A stretch of 62,206 bases of DNA, counting the filler, from Choristocarpus tenellus KU-1152 (Eukaryota > Protista > Phaeophyceae), in NCBI GenBank assembly GCA_964200185.2. It is 10 parts of 10 records of this genome, joined end to end, with 100 filler letters (N's around TTAATTAATTAA, not from the genome) between each part and the next. Parts side by side here need not be neighbours in the genome. Positions count along the whole stretch, not along the records: positions 50,234 to 62,206 come from CAXNAD020002042.1; 9 more parts are not named here. One strand, given 5' to 3'. The notes under the pieces were generated by a model. The model searched no databases. It was not told the origin of the DNA and saw only the letters and a program-made list of their open reading frames with translations. Below are positions 51,256-62,206 of this stretch, in pieces (position 1 is the first letter of the stretch; every line of letters starts with the position of its first letter). Both the position numbers and the translations under genes were made by a program.

Positions 51256-52327
51256 CAATCACGGTTGCTTAACCCAGTAAGAACATTGCTCTCATAGAAT
51301 CCCGCATTAGGGTTGCAGAACAGGACACAACCCGTACTGCTGCGTTCTTCGCCATCCCCCCCCCCACCTCCCACCACACCCCCTATCTCGACCATTTCCA
51401 CATCCCTATCTGTCACCCTCGCTCCCCCTTGCCCTGCTCTCCTTGGCCTTGCCCCGGTCACCGCTGCCCCCTCCCCCCTCCCCCCACGTCCCCTGAGTCG
51501 ATCCATTTTCAACCCGCCTCTTCCCGCCGCAACTCCCTGAGGTCTGGCATGGCAATAGCAGCAGTCCAGCTGTGTGCCATCTGACATGGTCAGCCATACC
51601 TGTCCATCGAAAAAAGAAAAAAAAAAAGAAAAAAAACAGGGCAGATACATATTTTATCAAGACAGAAATTAGACTTGATGTAGTGTACATACATACGCAG
51701 TACTGAAATTCACAAAGGGGGTGCATGTGCAACACACAAGGGGGTGGGGGAAGGGGCGAGGTGAACAGGACTCCTCAGAAAAAAAAAGAAGCAATATATG
51801 CATTCAATTCACTCGTGCATTTTCTGTACACTCCCACGCACTTAGGTTTAGGGTTAGTACATACTTGAACAAAACCAACATACTACCACTATCATCACCA
51901 CTGCACAACGGCAATCCAAAGCCGAAAATATCACCACCATACCATACATGCAACACACAACCTCCATAATAAGCCTAGGCCTAAACCTAGGCCTACCTGC
52001 TGTGCATTGGACTTGATCAGCATTTCCCCCCTCATCAGTCCAAATCCTGCCGCACCTTGGTATGGAGACCTGGCCGACCACCAGCTCCTTACCAGAGACC
52101 CCGGGAATCCATAACTCTCTTCCCTTCCACTCTCACCGCCATCCCCACCCTCTTCTCCCCTACCCTCTCGACGTGGCTTAAGATCAGATGCTATGCGCAT
52201 CAGCTCCACAACCAAGCCTTCCAACAGTGTCAGCATGAACACAAAACTGCAAATTGGGGGGTGGGGTTCAAATAGTGCACTATGTATGTATGTATGTATG
52301 TATGTATGTAGTGCAAGAGATATACTG

Positions 52328-52361
<34 letters not shown>

Positions 52362-55300
52362 AAATGGCGTCAATCCATCCCAAACCCCTTTCATTTCCAA
52401 TCCTAACCCTAACCCTAACTCTAACTCTAATCAATTTACGCTACTACCATCAATACAGCACCGACATGCCCGAGGGTAAGATAGCACCCACCCACACTAT
52501 TTCAAGATAAAAACTCTTCACATATATTATGAGCAAGACCTTAGACTGAGGGGGGGGGGGTAGAGTAAGGGAAGGCAGGAGGAGACATGCACAACACCAA
52601 CCGCATCCATACTGAATGTGCATAGATTACAAAGCCACAAAGGGTAACATTGTTTTCAACAGTTACGAGGAAAACCTAGAAGACACCAGAGTAGAAATCA
52701 TGCACATCACACAGATCACAAACCCGAAGCCCTAGCCTTTAGCCATAGCCTAATGACAGACCTCAGTTCTAGACCTAAACCCAACAAACTCAATCATTAA
52801 CTGCACTACTTAACCCCACCTATTAATATCATCTACAAACCCTAACCCTAACACAAAACCTCAATCCCCAATCATCCCCACCCTACCCAAACCCTACAGC
52901 AGTACTCCAATCAAAACACAAACTGCAACATTGACCCTCACCTCAATCCTAACCCTAACCCTAACCCTAACCCCTCAGTCCTCACGATATCAGATCGCTT
53001 GACACCAATTGAACAAACAGCATAGCACTCACAGCAGAAAATAAAGTACCTGTTTGGCGGGCCACCAAGAACAGCCGGGGCTAGCAACGCCTCCCTGGCC
53101 TTGTCGAAGTCAAATGTGCTCTCACACGATGCCAACTGAGTAAAAGAGGGACAGGCACAAACGCACCCAACGCACCAAACACACCAACACGCACCAAACG
53201 CACACACAGTCAGCTACATACGCAGGCATGCAAACAAATCTCTTTTTACTTTTGGTACTGAGTACAACAAATGTGTACAAGCGGTGCTAAAAAAAATAAT
53301 TTGAAAAATCAAGAAAAAAAATAATTTGAAAACGTTTTTCAGAACGCCGGCGTGCAATCAAAGATTTTCGATTGGTCATCTCTTGCAAGAGCACCGCCTG
53401 TGTGTGGACAGACCACTGACAAGGGGTAAGCAGCGAGGCGGCAGTGGGAGGGGCTCCTTCCTTTCCACGACGGGCACTGCAATGCCTCTAGCACATCAAG
53501 GAAGGGACTGATCTTGAACAAAAGGTCAAGAGTTCGAAAAGGAAAGCCCTATCACAGGTATATGTAGAGGACTAGACATCCTCATCGAGCTAAGCTCAGG
53601 GTCACTGTCATAGTGTTAGGGTTTCGAGGCAATAATACCACAATGAATAAGAGATTTTTTTTAATTAGATCGAGCGTAGTCAAACATAAAAAATACAAAA
53701 GAATCGCACTCAATTGGTTTCATTCCTCACACACATGCATACTCTGCGTTCTGGCGGATAAGGTAACCCTAACCCTAACCCTAACCCTAACCCTTACACG
53801 CCTCGCTTCGTGTACTAAACTACTGCCTTGACCATAATGGAGTACATCAAAAAAGTCGAGTACATCAAATTTTAGAATCACCAACCTTTCAAATCACACA
53901 ATCGTATTGACCCTATGTGGTGCTCATCACAGGCATAGGATTAGGGCTTAAGTCCCTAGTAACTGCATGAACCGGGTATCTACTGGAAAAAAATATATAT
54001 ATCTCTCTTTCTCTGTGTGTGCGTCAGGTCCACATCAATCTGATCTAATCAGGTTTTTCCCACACACCACCAAAAACAACACAGCAATGCCTGCACAACA
54101 TTACGACTACATTAAAAAACAAACACATCTACGTGATATAGAGATAGAACACACATGAACTCAGTCGTCTGACTACAAGAAAAAAACCATCACACCTCAT
54201 AAAAGCTACATCTACTATCGATATAGATATAGAACACATACTCTCACACTTTACATCAACCACACAACATCCCAGTCCCTCAAAACCTTAACCCGAACTC
54301 TAACTCCAAGAATATTTTTTCCTTACTGATTCTCCCGAAGCCAACACATCCTCCAATGCTGCCAGCACTCCCGTCAAAGATTCCAGGAGCACAGACGCCT
54401 CACCAATGGCAGACGCAGTCAGTTCCTCCTTTACAGCTGGGCCTCCCCCGCCTATGCCCCACCTAAACCCCATAAACCGGCGTCCTGTTGTGTCTATCGG
54501 GGCGTGTTCTGCACATATCAGCTGCTTCAACGAAGGTTATTGAAGGCATAACCAAAACAGGGGAGGGGGGGGGGGAAGGAAAGAGATGGTAATAATTGGC
54601 CTAATGTGACAAAAATTAATCTCTGGCATAAGAATTTGTTTCAATAACAATGTTGCTATTATACAGCATCTGTGAAATCCCAACCCAAAAGTGCTACTGT
54701 GTGCACAGCCACCCCTTCACACCAGAGGGCAAGCTGAACGTCAGCACTGTCCTTATCCACATCCTGGCGATCACATGTCAAACTTGACGAGTAATCATGC
54801 TACCTTCCAGTCCTCTTCCATTCCTTGAGGGGGATCCGATTCTGCTCATACACCGGCGTGAGGGACTTGCTGGGCATAGAGCTGAACTTACTATATTGAC
54901 GATTTCTGTGAATAATTTAGATATTTTCTAGTGAAGGCATTGGAAAAAATCTTTCTCTCCTAACAGTTTGAGCCGCCTTCAACAGTCCCACCGGGTTTGC
55001 CACGAAGACATTTTAAAAAATTACATTTCAGGAAACGAATCCACAGTAAAAATGCAATAGACACACACAGCAAGAATTGTAAAATATATAAATTCAAGCA
55101 TATCCAAACAATAGTTATCCACCTATATGCACATAACCACGCTATGGTACTCCTGAAAATCCATAGTCGTACTCACCTCCTCCAAGGCACGGGCCAACAC
55201 CGATACATCCCCCCCTGGTGCAATCCCCCTGTAATGAATATCGTCATGGAGGGCACGAAAGTGTGTCATGCCTGATGGAACCACAGAGGTATTGCGGACA

Positions 55301-56953
55301 AGCTGAAGCCACAGTCGCAATGACTTTCCAAATGAAATCTGCCCAAATTGGAGAATGAGAGAGCGTGTTCCTTGTTGTAAATGATCATTTCATAGAGATT
55401 GGGAGACATGTAGAGGAGGCACATTGATAACAAGGAGGTGGCTTGTTGTTATGTCACAGCATTGCAAACAGATGGTTGTTGTCGGGGGGGAACTAGCAAA
55501 ACTGGATAAACAAGGGTTAGGACAGATGAGGGCCAGAGGCTTCTTATTGGTGTAAGAAAGGGTTAGGGAAGTTGTGCAAGTTGAGGCTGGGTTCTCAGGG
55601 TACATGCACAGACTTGCCTATGTAATCGTTCTACACCAGTCAAAAATGTTTCACTTACAAGGGAAATGACACAATGGAAAAATTTCAATTTATTACCCAA
55701 CCTCAACACCACCCTCCCTCCTCTCTGCCATGCAATCCTTATCCCCCAATCCCACGATCCAAAATTGGCACAAAACCAAATGAGTCCTCACCAAGCGGTT
55801 CCCAACGTTCTTCGAGTACTCTCTCTCCATCTCCCGCTGCACTTGTCGGGACGCTCCCGGGTAGCTCATAGCATGAGTCAACCCCCTTCCCCCTAAGTAT
55901 ACAGCGCTGACGAGCGCGGCCCATGCTCCCCCAACAGTTACAATAAACGAGAGAAGGTACAAGGGCAGGAAGAGGACTAGGAATACCAAGTAGCCTCCTC
56001 CCGCCAACACAAGGGTCAACTGTGGCGTCCTGTCAGCCCCCATCCCAGGCGGATCGAAGAGCCGGACAGCGTAGTTGCACAAGCAGGAAACATGTGTAAG
56101 AGTTCAAAATATCTAGCGATACTCTGTAGGGAATCCTATGTGTACGTCTATTGAGTATCCACATGCGGGTGATGGGTACCAAGGGCCACTGGCATCAACC
56201 TACGTATTTACACACATCGGACAACATCTCTGTGTCATACCAATATTACTGACACATCCAGCCGTGGTGGGATTACATAACTGCGTATGGTGGAATTGTC
56301 AAGTACAAGTGGTGGTGTTGGTTAGAATTGGTGTTGGATCAACAACCCGAAGTTGATTCAGTGCTATATTTCTAAGATCACAGGGGTAGCTTACTGGGCA
56401 AGTGCTCCGAACGGGAAGGGAAGAAAATCGGCGGCGGATGGCAGCATGAGGAAGGAAGAGATCAACCTCCTGCGGACAATTAGGTAGAGAGTGAGCATAG
56501 CAATTCGTCAGGATATATTAGAGCAGCCGTTATGTCGGTTGGTGCAAGATATTTGTGTCATAGTTCACTCCAAGAGACGACAAGGTGGGAAGATCTATCA
56601 TCTGCCTCATCCTCGGCATCCCAGTCCTTAAACTTTCGTTTGCAAGACAGCTTGGCCTAATCATCTATGATGGAATCATTTCGCCCACGTGTAACACCAA
56701 GGCAGCCTTCGTTATAACCATTCAATTCACAAACAGAAAGAGCGGAACTTAGGTCAGTATGACTGTCATCTTTCCAGCGGCTAACCACCATCGCTAATCC
56801 ACCATGTTTTCCATCATCTGCAACCCCAAAAACCAACATTGAATAATTCACCGAGCTTGTTTAAATTCCATAAATTTTCCTTCAGTCTTGACATCACCTT
56901 GGAACCGCCACGGCCACCAAGCAGTCAACCAGGGCGGAGAAGCCGAACGCCAT
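51256..56953 (-). CDS. Membrane-associated alpha/beta hydrolase, ABHD16-like, 3' partial; approximate exons 56953-56898, 56470-56395, 56090-55792, 55270-55178, 54520-54330, 53135-53050, 52217-51997, 51599-51256
   Basis: WLTMSDGTQLDC and VLFCNPNAGFYE resemble the ABHD16 CEGNAGFYE motif; hydrophobic TM-like exon upstream; several internal boundaries not resolved. Confidence 0.7.
53764..53793 (+). repeat. Interstitial telomere-like (TAACCC)5; shorter arrays at 18609, 20605, 26465, 48471, 50780, 51002, 52402, 52838, 52948
   Basis: Direct reading. Confidence 0.9.
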
Positions 56954-57137
56954 AATCTTAAACGCTCTTTCCCCCTCTCTCTTTCGCTTCAGTGGACACT
57001 CGGACGTCTTTTCAACTGTATGGATGGTGGACGGACGGAAAAAATGAATTTTGGATTTTGAATGTATAAACATCACTTTGCCATAAAGTATAACAAGTGT
57101 GTTTGCTAGGTTGCAACAAGTTGATTGCAAAACGATC
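56954..57137. promoter_or_regulatory. Compact bidirectional promoter region
   Basis: 184 bp between divergent ATGs at 56953 (-) and 57138 (+). Confidence 0.6.
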
Positions 57138-60100
57138 ATGGCTACCTCATCTCCTGTGAGAGGTGATGGGAGTAAGGGGAGAGGGAGAGCTTGGCGAGGG
57201 AAATCCAAAAGGAAAGATCCGAGACCTACTACACCTGCCGATTCTTACAGCACGCTCGGAAAGCTTGTAAACAAGGCAACCAAACCTACCCAGCAAATGG
57301 GTTACCAGTTTTTGGACGAGGTGAAGACGTACAGGCTTCAATTCGGGTTTCATTTGGTAATGGCCACGATATACTGTTATGAAACGATCATTTTCTCCTA
57401 GTATCTTTGTCCTTACGAAGCAATATTGTGAAGCGGGGGGTGTCGAATAATCTACTGTTATCCTTATGTTATCTGTGCTGATACAAGTATATAACATAGG
57501 TTTTATGTACGCCTATCTTTAGTTGAAGAGGAAATGGATGTGAGTCACAACATTTCCAGGCATAAGTGTTCACAGGTGATGTTGCCTTTCTCGGCCAGGT
57601 ATTCGGGTCTTCAACTATAGAAATCGAATCATGTGTGTCTTCTGTAATTGGTCTTCGCTAATTTGGTTTTAAATCTACAGGACTTCAGGTGTAGGTGATG
57701 AGAGGGGGTGGGTGGAAGCATATGCATCAAGTCATTGGGTTGTGACTGCATGCTATAGGTAGATCCATCTAACTCGAGATATCGATGCAAAGTTGAGGTG
57801 ATGCTGTAGCACGTGGTGACTGCTTGGTTCTCTAAAACAGTTTGCTGAATGAGGAACACCTACCGCACGTCCCATAGGATGTGGTCCGTCGAATCAAGGC
57901 AATTGCAAAGCAAGACGATAGATGTGCCACTGGTGTATTTGACTACCTCATGCGACGACTAGCTGCCAAAAACTCAGAGGTGAGGACGAAAGTAACATCA
58001 TTCAAGTTTCCCACTAACGAGGTATGACGGAGAGAACTTCTTCTACAAGATTCGTGGCCCCTAGTCGTCTCTGCCTCGGATTCGACAGGTGGAACTTGGA
58101 TTGTTTTATTGGCCTAGATCTGCTTGGCCGAGGTGGTGAAGGTGCGCCAAAGAAACTGAGTGTGAGAACACAGCCCCAGGAACAGCTTGCTAATGTCGCT
58201 CATTACGTCTAAAGTCAATTTTTTTGCCTCTTTGCACATACGACCCTCTTGGTGCTCGGGATTAACCAGGTCCGATACATGGCCTTGTCGGTACTGAACC
58301 AGCTCTTTAAGCGGTCGAGGATCGTGCGTGCAGCTCTCGTGGGAGACCTCAAGGTAGATATGACCATGGTGCTTTGAAGGCCCCTTCTTATTCAGTCAGT
58401 TTTTCCTTTTTGTTCAGTATCCAAAGTGTGAACAGATAACAGGGGAAGAAAAGTGCCGACCCCTTTTCTTATCAAGCAAGATTTGAAGTACGCCCTGTAG
58501 GTAACTTCCCCTCTGCAGGGAGGGAGATTAGACTTGATGTATTTGCCGTGCTTGTCCAGCAAGGCTAGTGTACACACTTCCTCCATGTTAAATGAGTCGA
58601 TTTCCATCTCGTCGAAGCTATGTGCACCCCAAGTACACAAGTAGCTTAGTTCATTCTATCGTTTTTGGTAATGGCTGCTTCAGTCAACCTCTAAGTTCAC
58701 TCCATCTTTTTGTTTGCTATCAGCTAGTTGAAGGGACATTTTCGCATGGTAGGAGACACTGTTGTCCCAAACTATATGCTCTCAAGAATCTGGTGTTCTG
58801 GTTCAAAAGTGTTTTAAATTTTTTGTGTACCTCATTCTAGAAGAACTTGAAGTTAGAAGTATGTACAGATGAAAAATATGGCAATAAGTATCAAAGTACA
58901 GCAATAACCGTCCGTCGACCTGTGTGTCTCTTCATTACACACACAATTTGCACGACTATGGTATCATCCTCTTGCATACCCACTCCCTTCCTTCCCCTTG
59001 ATGTAGCCACAGGAACGCAGGCCTGTTGTTCACAACAGTCCCTCGGCAACCAACAACAAGAACAGCAACAACCACTTCTACTCCTCATCCCCTTCCCATT
59101 CATCTTGCTGTTCGTCCCTGCAAGTGCCCTTGCTCCTGCTGCTCCTCTGCCCCCCCTGCCTCACCACCTCGCCCCCGTCCTTCCCACCCTACCCTCCTGA
59201 GTCAGGCATTCATGCATGCCGTAATAGGGCATGATGTTCGCAAGCCCCTACCAGGGCCACCTCTGGCTGCCGAAGCTCTTCGCCAGAAAGCTCTGGGACA
59301 CTTGGAGGAGTGGAATGATAGCTATGGGGGTATGTACAAGGGCCTGCGCGCTGCATATCGCTTTCTTAGAGAGGGGAGGCGATTGCAATTCCCGGAGATT
59401 CGGGTAAAGTTTATGTTTGCGTCTGTCTGCCTGCCTGCCTGCCTGCCTGCCTGTGCTGTGCTGTGCTGTGCTGTGCTGTGCTGTGCTGTGCTGTGCTGTG
59501 CTGTGCTGTGCTGTGCTGTGCTGTGCTGTGCTGTGCAGAAAACATCTCTTGATTTAATTTTTTGGGGGGGGGAGAGGGGGCGTCTTGTTTTTTTTTCTGG
59601 AAGGATTTCGCTGAGCGACATAGTGGCTTTTTGCCTGAGGAGGCCCTACAGGTAAAATCAATATGTTAATAATAGTAGTGTGTGTTGATAGAGTACTGGT
59701 AGGTGGTATGTTACTAGCAATGCGTATCAAAACTTGGAAGTCTCAAAGTTTGCTTGAAGTGTGATATATTTTTTAGTTCACTTCAGGGCCACGCGCGCAG
59801 GAGGAACAACACTTTTTGGAATCGCGTTTCCTTTTTTTTATTTATTTATGGTACTTTTTTTATTTGTGCTTATTCCAGGTTGGGCAGGGGGTGATTTGTA
59901 CAGGTATAGCTACAGCAGGCTGATGCTTTGCTACACATGTAGGACGCGTGTGCCCTTGCCTGGCAGGCCTCCCCAGACAAACGAAACCAACCCATATGTT
60001 TTTTTGTTTGTCAAGTTGTTAAAACCTCGCCTTCCCTACAGTACAAGACCCTTGCAAGGGATGAGGTGGTGCGAATCCCCTTGGTTTGGGGTAAGCTCAC

Positions 60101-61704
60101 GAGAGCTGTACCCCTCATTGCCAGTGCAGCAACAATTTCTTGGAAAATTCCCCCTGCCCTGGCTGCTGAATTGTGATGTAGGAATGGCGACAGAAAAGAG
60201 CTTTTATGTGCCCATTTTTTTGTTATTTAATGTGGGAGGATGGTGAGAGGGTGAAAAGTGCAAGGCAGGTGAAACTGCAGAAGGCGTGTTTGCTTGACTT
60301 TTCTTCGTGCCGTGTTTCCCAACTCCCCCCCCCCCCCCCCCGGGATGTTGTGTGCGAACCGGGAGTAGACGCGTGGAGCGGAGAGGATTGCCGTGTGGNN
60401 NNNNNNNNAGTGGAAGGCAGGTGAAACTGGAGGGGGGGTGTTTGGGTGGCTTTTCTTGTTGGGGTGTGTCCCACCCCCCCCCCCCCCCCCCATGGGCTTG
60501 TGTTTACGTCAGAGGTGGTCATGGAAGGCGATGATGTTGTTACGATGTGGGTTGGTTCTTAGTATAACCACTGTAGCTAGAGTTCGCATAATGCACTTCA
60601 TTCCGTGCTGCAACACAGCTTTTAGTGAAAGTTACCGTATGTTACAGTTGCTATTTCTGTTGTTATTATTATTATTATTATTTATTTTGTGAAGAAATGG
60701 TCGTGACGAGGTTTCACGCCTCTACAAGAGTGTATCACTTGCATACGTGAACTCAACTTTACTCAAAAAAATAAATTAATAAATAATTATTAAAAATAAA
60801 CAAATAAAATGTTTTAGTGTTTCGGTACACAGCGATTTATTTTTTATTTTTTATTTTGCTCGCAATGAGTGTTGCAAATCAATGTATAATAGCTTAGCAA
60901 CTCCCCGCCCCGCAATGTAAAATAGCGCTGTCTTTGGCCTCAACGTCACCTCCAAGAGTGGATGGTACAGGCCGGATGTGGCTCAACTCCCTATTGTGAA
61001 GTTGTTGCTTGGCACCTGAGTGTATGAAGGTGTGCAGGGTTTTGCTGCAGCCCCTTGTGCAGGTGCATGTATACACAGGCACCGAATCTATAGGAGTACA
61101 GAGTTGGGTCTTGTCTTGTCTTGTCTTGTCTGTGCGTTGTGAGTACGGAGGCGCTCTTTCTCGTGCGTGCACTCGCAGCAATGACTCGCTCATGTGCTTC
61201 TTTTTTTTGGTTTTCGTTTGATGCGAGGGTTCTTGGGTTATATATATATGTATGGGTGGAGGGGTTCCTAGAAGAAAAAAATAAAAATAAACGGTGTATC
61301 TGACGCCGAACGCCTTCGACTCTCCGTATCGTGCGTCTGCGATCACCGGCTTGTGCGTCATGTGCGTGCGGGGGTCGTGGTATCTGAGATGGGGGGAGTG
61401 TTTTGCCGGGTTTTTTGATGCCCGTTGCACTTGTGAAATCTCCGTCGAATTTGGTTCAGGCAGGGGGTGAAGAAAAGGAAGGCGTGTGGATTGGATTAAG
61501 GAAATCGCCTTCTAGATCTGACGTGTTCGCTTGAATGACGTGAAAATATCAACAGGGTCGCACATGTCCCGAATGGACACCTGACCCTCCGCCCCCCCCC
61601 CCCGCACCACCCCCCCCCCTCCCACCCCCACCCCCCGCGCCCCCCCCCCCCCCCTCCCCTTCTTACCACAAAACAACCACCGCGTCCCCCCCTCCCCCGC
61701 CGGA

Positions 61705-61735
<31 letters not shown>

Positions 61736-61896
61736 CCTCCTCCTCCCCTGACCCCTATTGGTATCGCCTTCCACTGCGATACCAATACAAGGCACGATCA
61801 GCAAGGGAGGCAGAGGAAGCACAGCGACGGGAAGCAAGATCACAACGCCTCCTCCACGCCAAGTATGCTCAGGCCAAGGGTGAGATACCTGAACAG
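57138..61896 (+). CDS. UVSSA: UV-stimulated scaffold protein A, 3' partial; exons 57138-57320, 57878-57979, 58270-58353, 59206-59403, 61792-61896
   Basis: VHS-like N-domain: LVNKATKP, NSEVRYMALSVLNQLFKRSRIVR, KPLPGPPLAAEALRQKALGHLEEWNDSYGGMYKGLRAAYRFLR; all phase-0 GT-AG. Confidence 0.88.
59428..59535 (+). repeat. Compound microsatellite (GCCT)n(GTGCT)n in a UVSSA intron
   Basis: Direct reading. Confidence 0.95.
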
Positions 61897-62206
61897 GTAG
61901 GTGCTACAAAGGAGGCGTTTTCCAAAGCGGTGCTATGCACATCGAATACAGCGCTATAATTGCCTTTATGTGCGTCCCAGAGCTTGATTGTATTGCGCCT
62001 CTAAATTGCTTTGAACGTCAGGGACTTGACACAGGGGGGTTCCTGGGCAAAATGCCTTCCTTGAGAACGTTCTTGTATATTTTGACAGTGTGGTTAGTTC
62101 CTAGTAGGGTGCAATGTGGGTGTTGCAAAGGCGGTTCCATGCTGTTCCATTCAGAAGGGGGGGGGGGGTCTGTCTCACACCAAGCCCGGTGTTGTGTACG
62201 TTCTAA

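Noticed and set aside
60255-60495. Imperfect duplication around the 10-N gap at 60399-60408
   Set aside because: The second copy differs mainly by changes to G beside a poly-C tract; typical low-quality overlap artefact
1-62206. tRNA, rRNA or snRNA genes
   Set aside because: Isolated GTTCGA-like motifs checked had no cloverleaf context; none supported by eye, and a covariance-model scan would be needed to exclude them

Overview
This is eukaryotic, intron-rich genomic DNA, most likely from a brown alga or close photosynthetic stramenopile. That inference rests on an aureochrome-like gene, a brown-algal-type FNIP gene and a sulfotransferase. The window is not contiguous: ten contigs are joined by artificial 100-bp linkers (44N-TTAATTAATTAA-44N), so adjacency across linkers has no biological meaning. 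Spliced genes reconstructed by eye: a sulfotransferase, U1-70K (SNRNP70), Cullin-3 (5' part), a myristoylated calcineurin-B/NCS-like EF-hand protein, a small protein with Pex19-like N-terminal motifs and a BAG6-like C-terminal module, an intron-containing phage-fibre-like gene with an intact Peptidase S74 chaperone domain, an aureochrome-like bZIP gene (5' part), an ABHD16-like hydrolase and UVSSA. Mobile DNA comprises two decayed Ty1/copia elements, the 5' end of another LTR element, and Sola2-like MITEs with 4-bp TSDs. The three most striking signals are: (i) an intronless 21-repeat FNIP gene in which every repeat has a different residue pair at one fixed site, with two Trp-to-stop codons in homologous repeats; (ii) a domesticated spliced S74 fibre gene; (iii) the Pex19-like/BAG6-like chimera. 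All family assignments are from motif recognition only; no searches were run.
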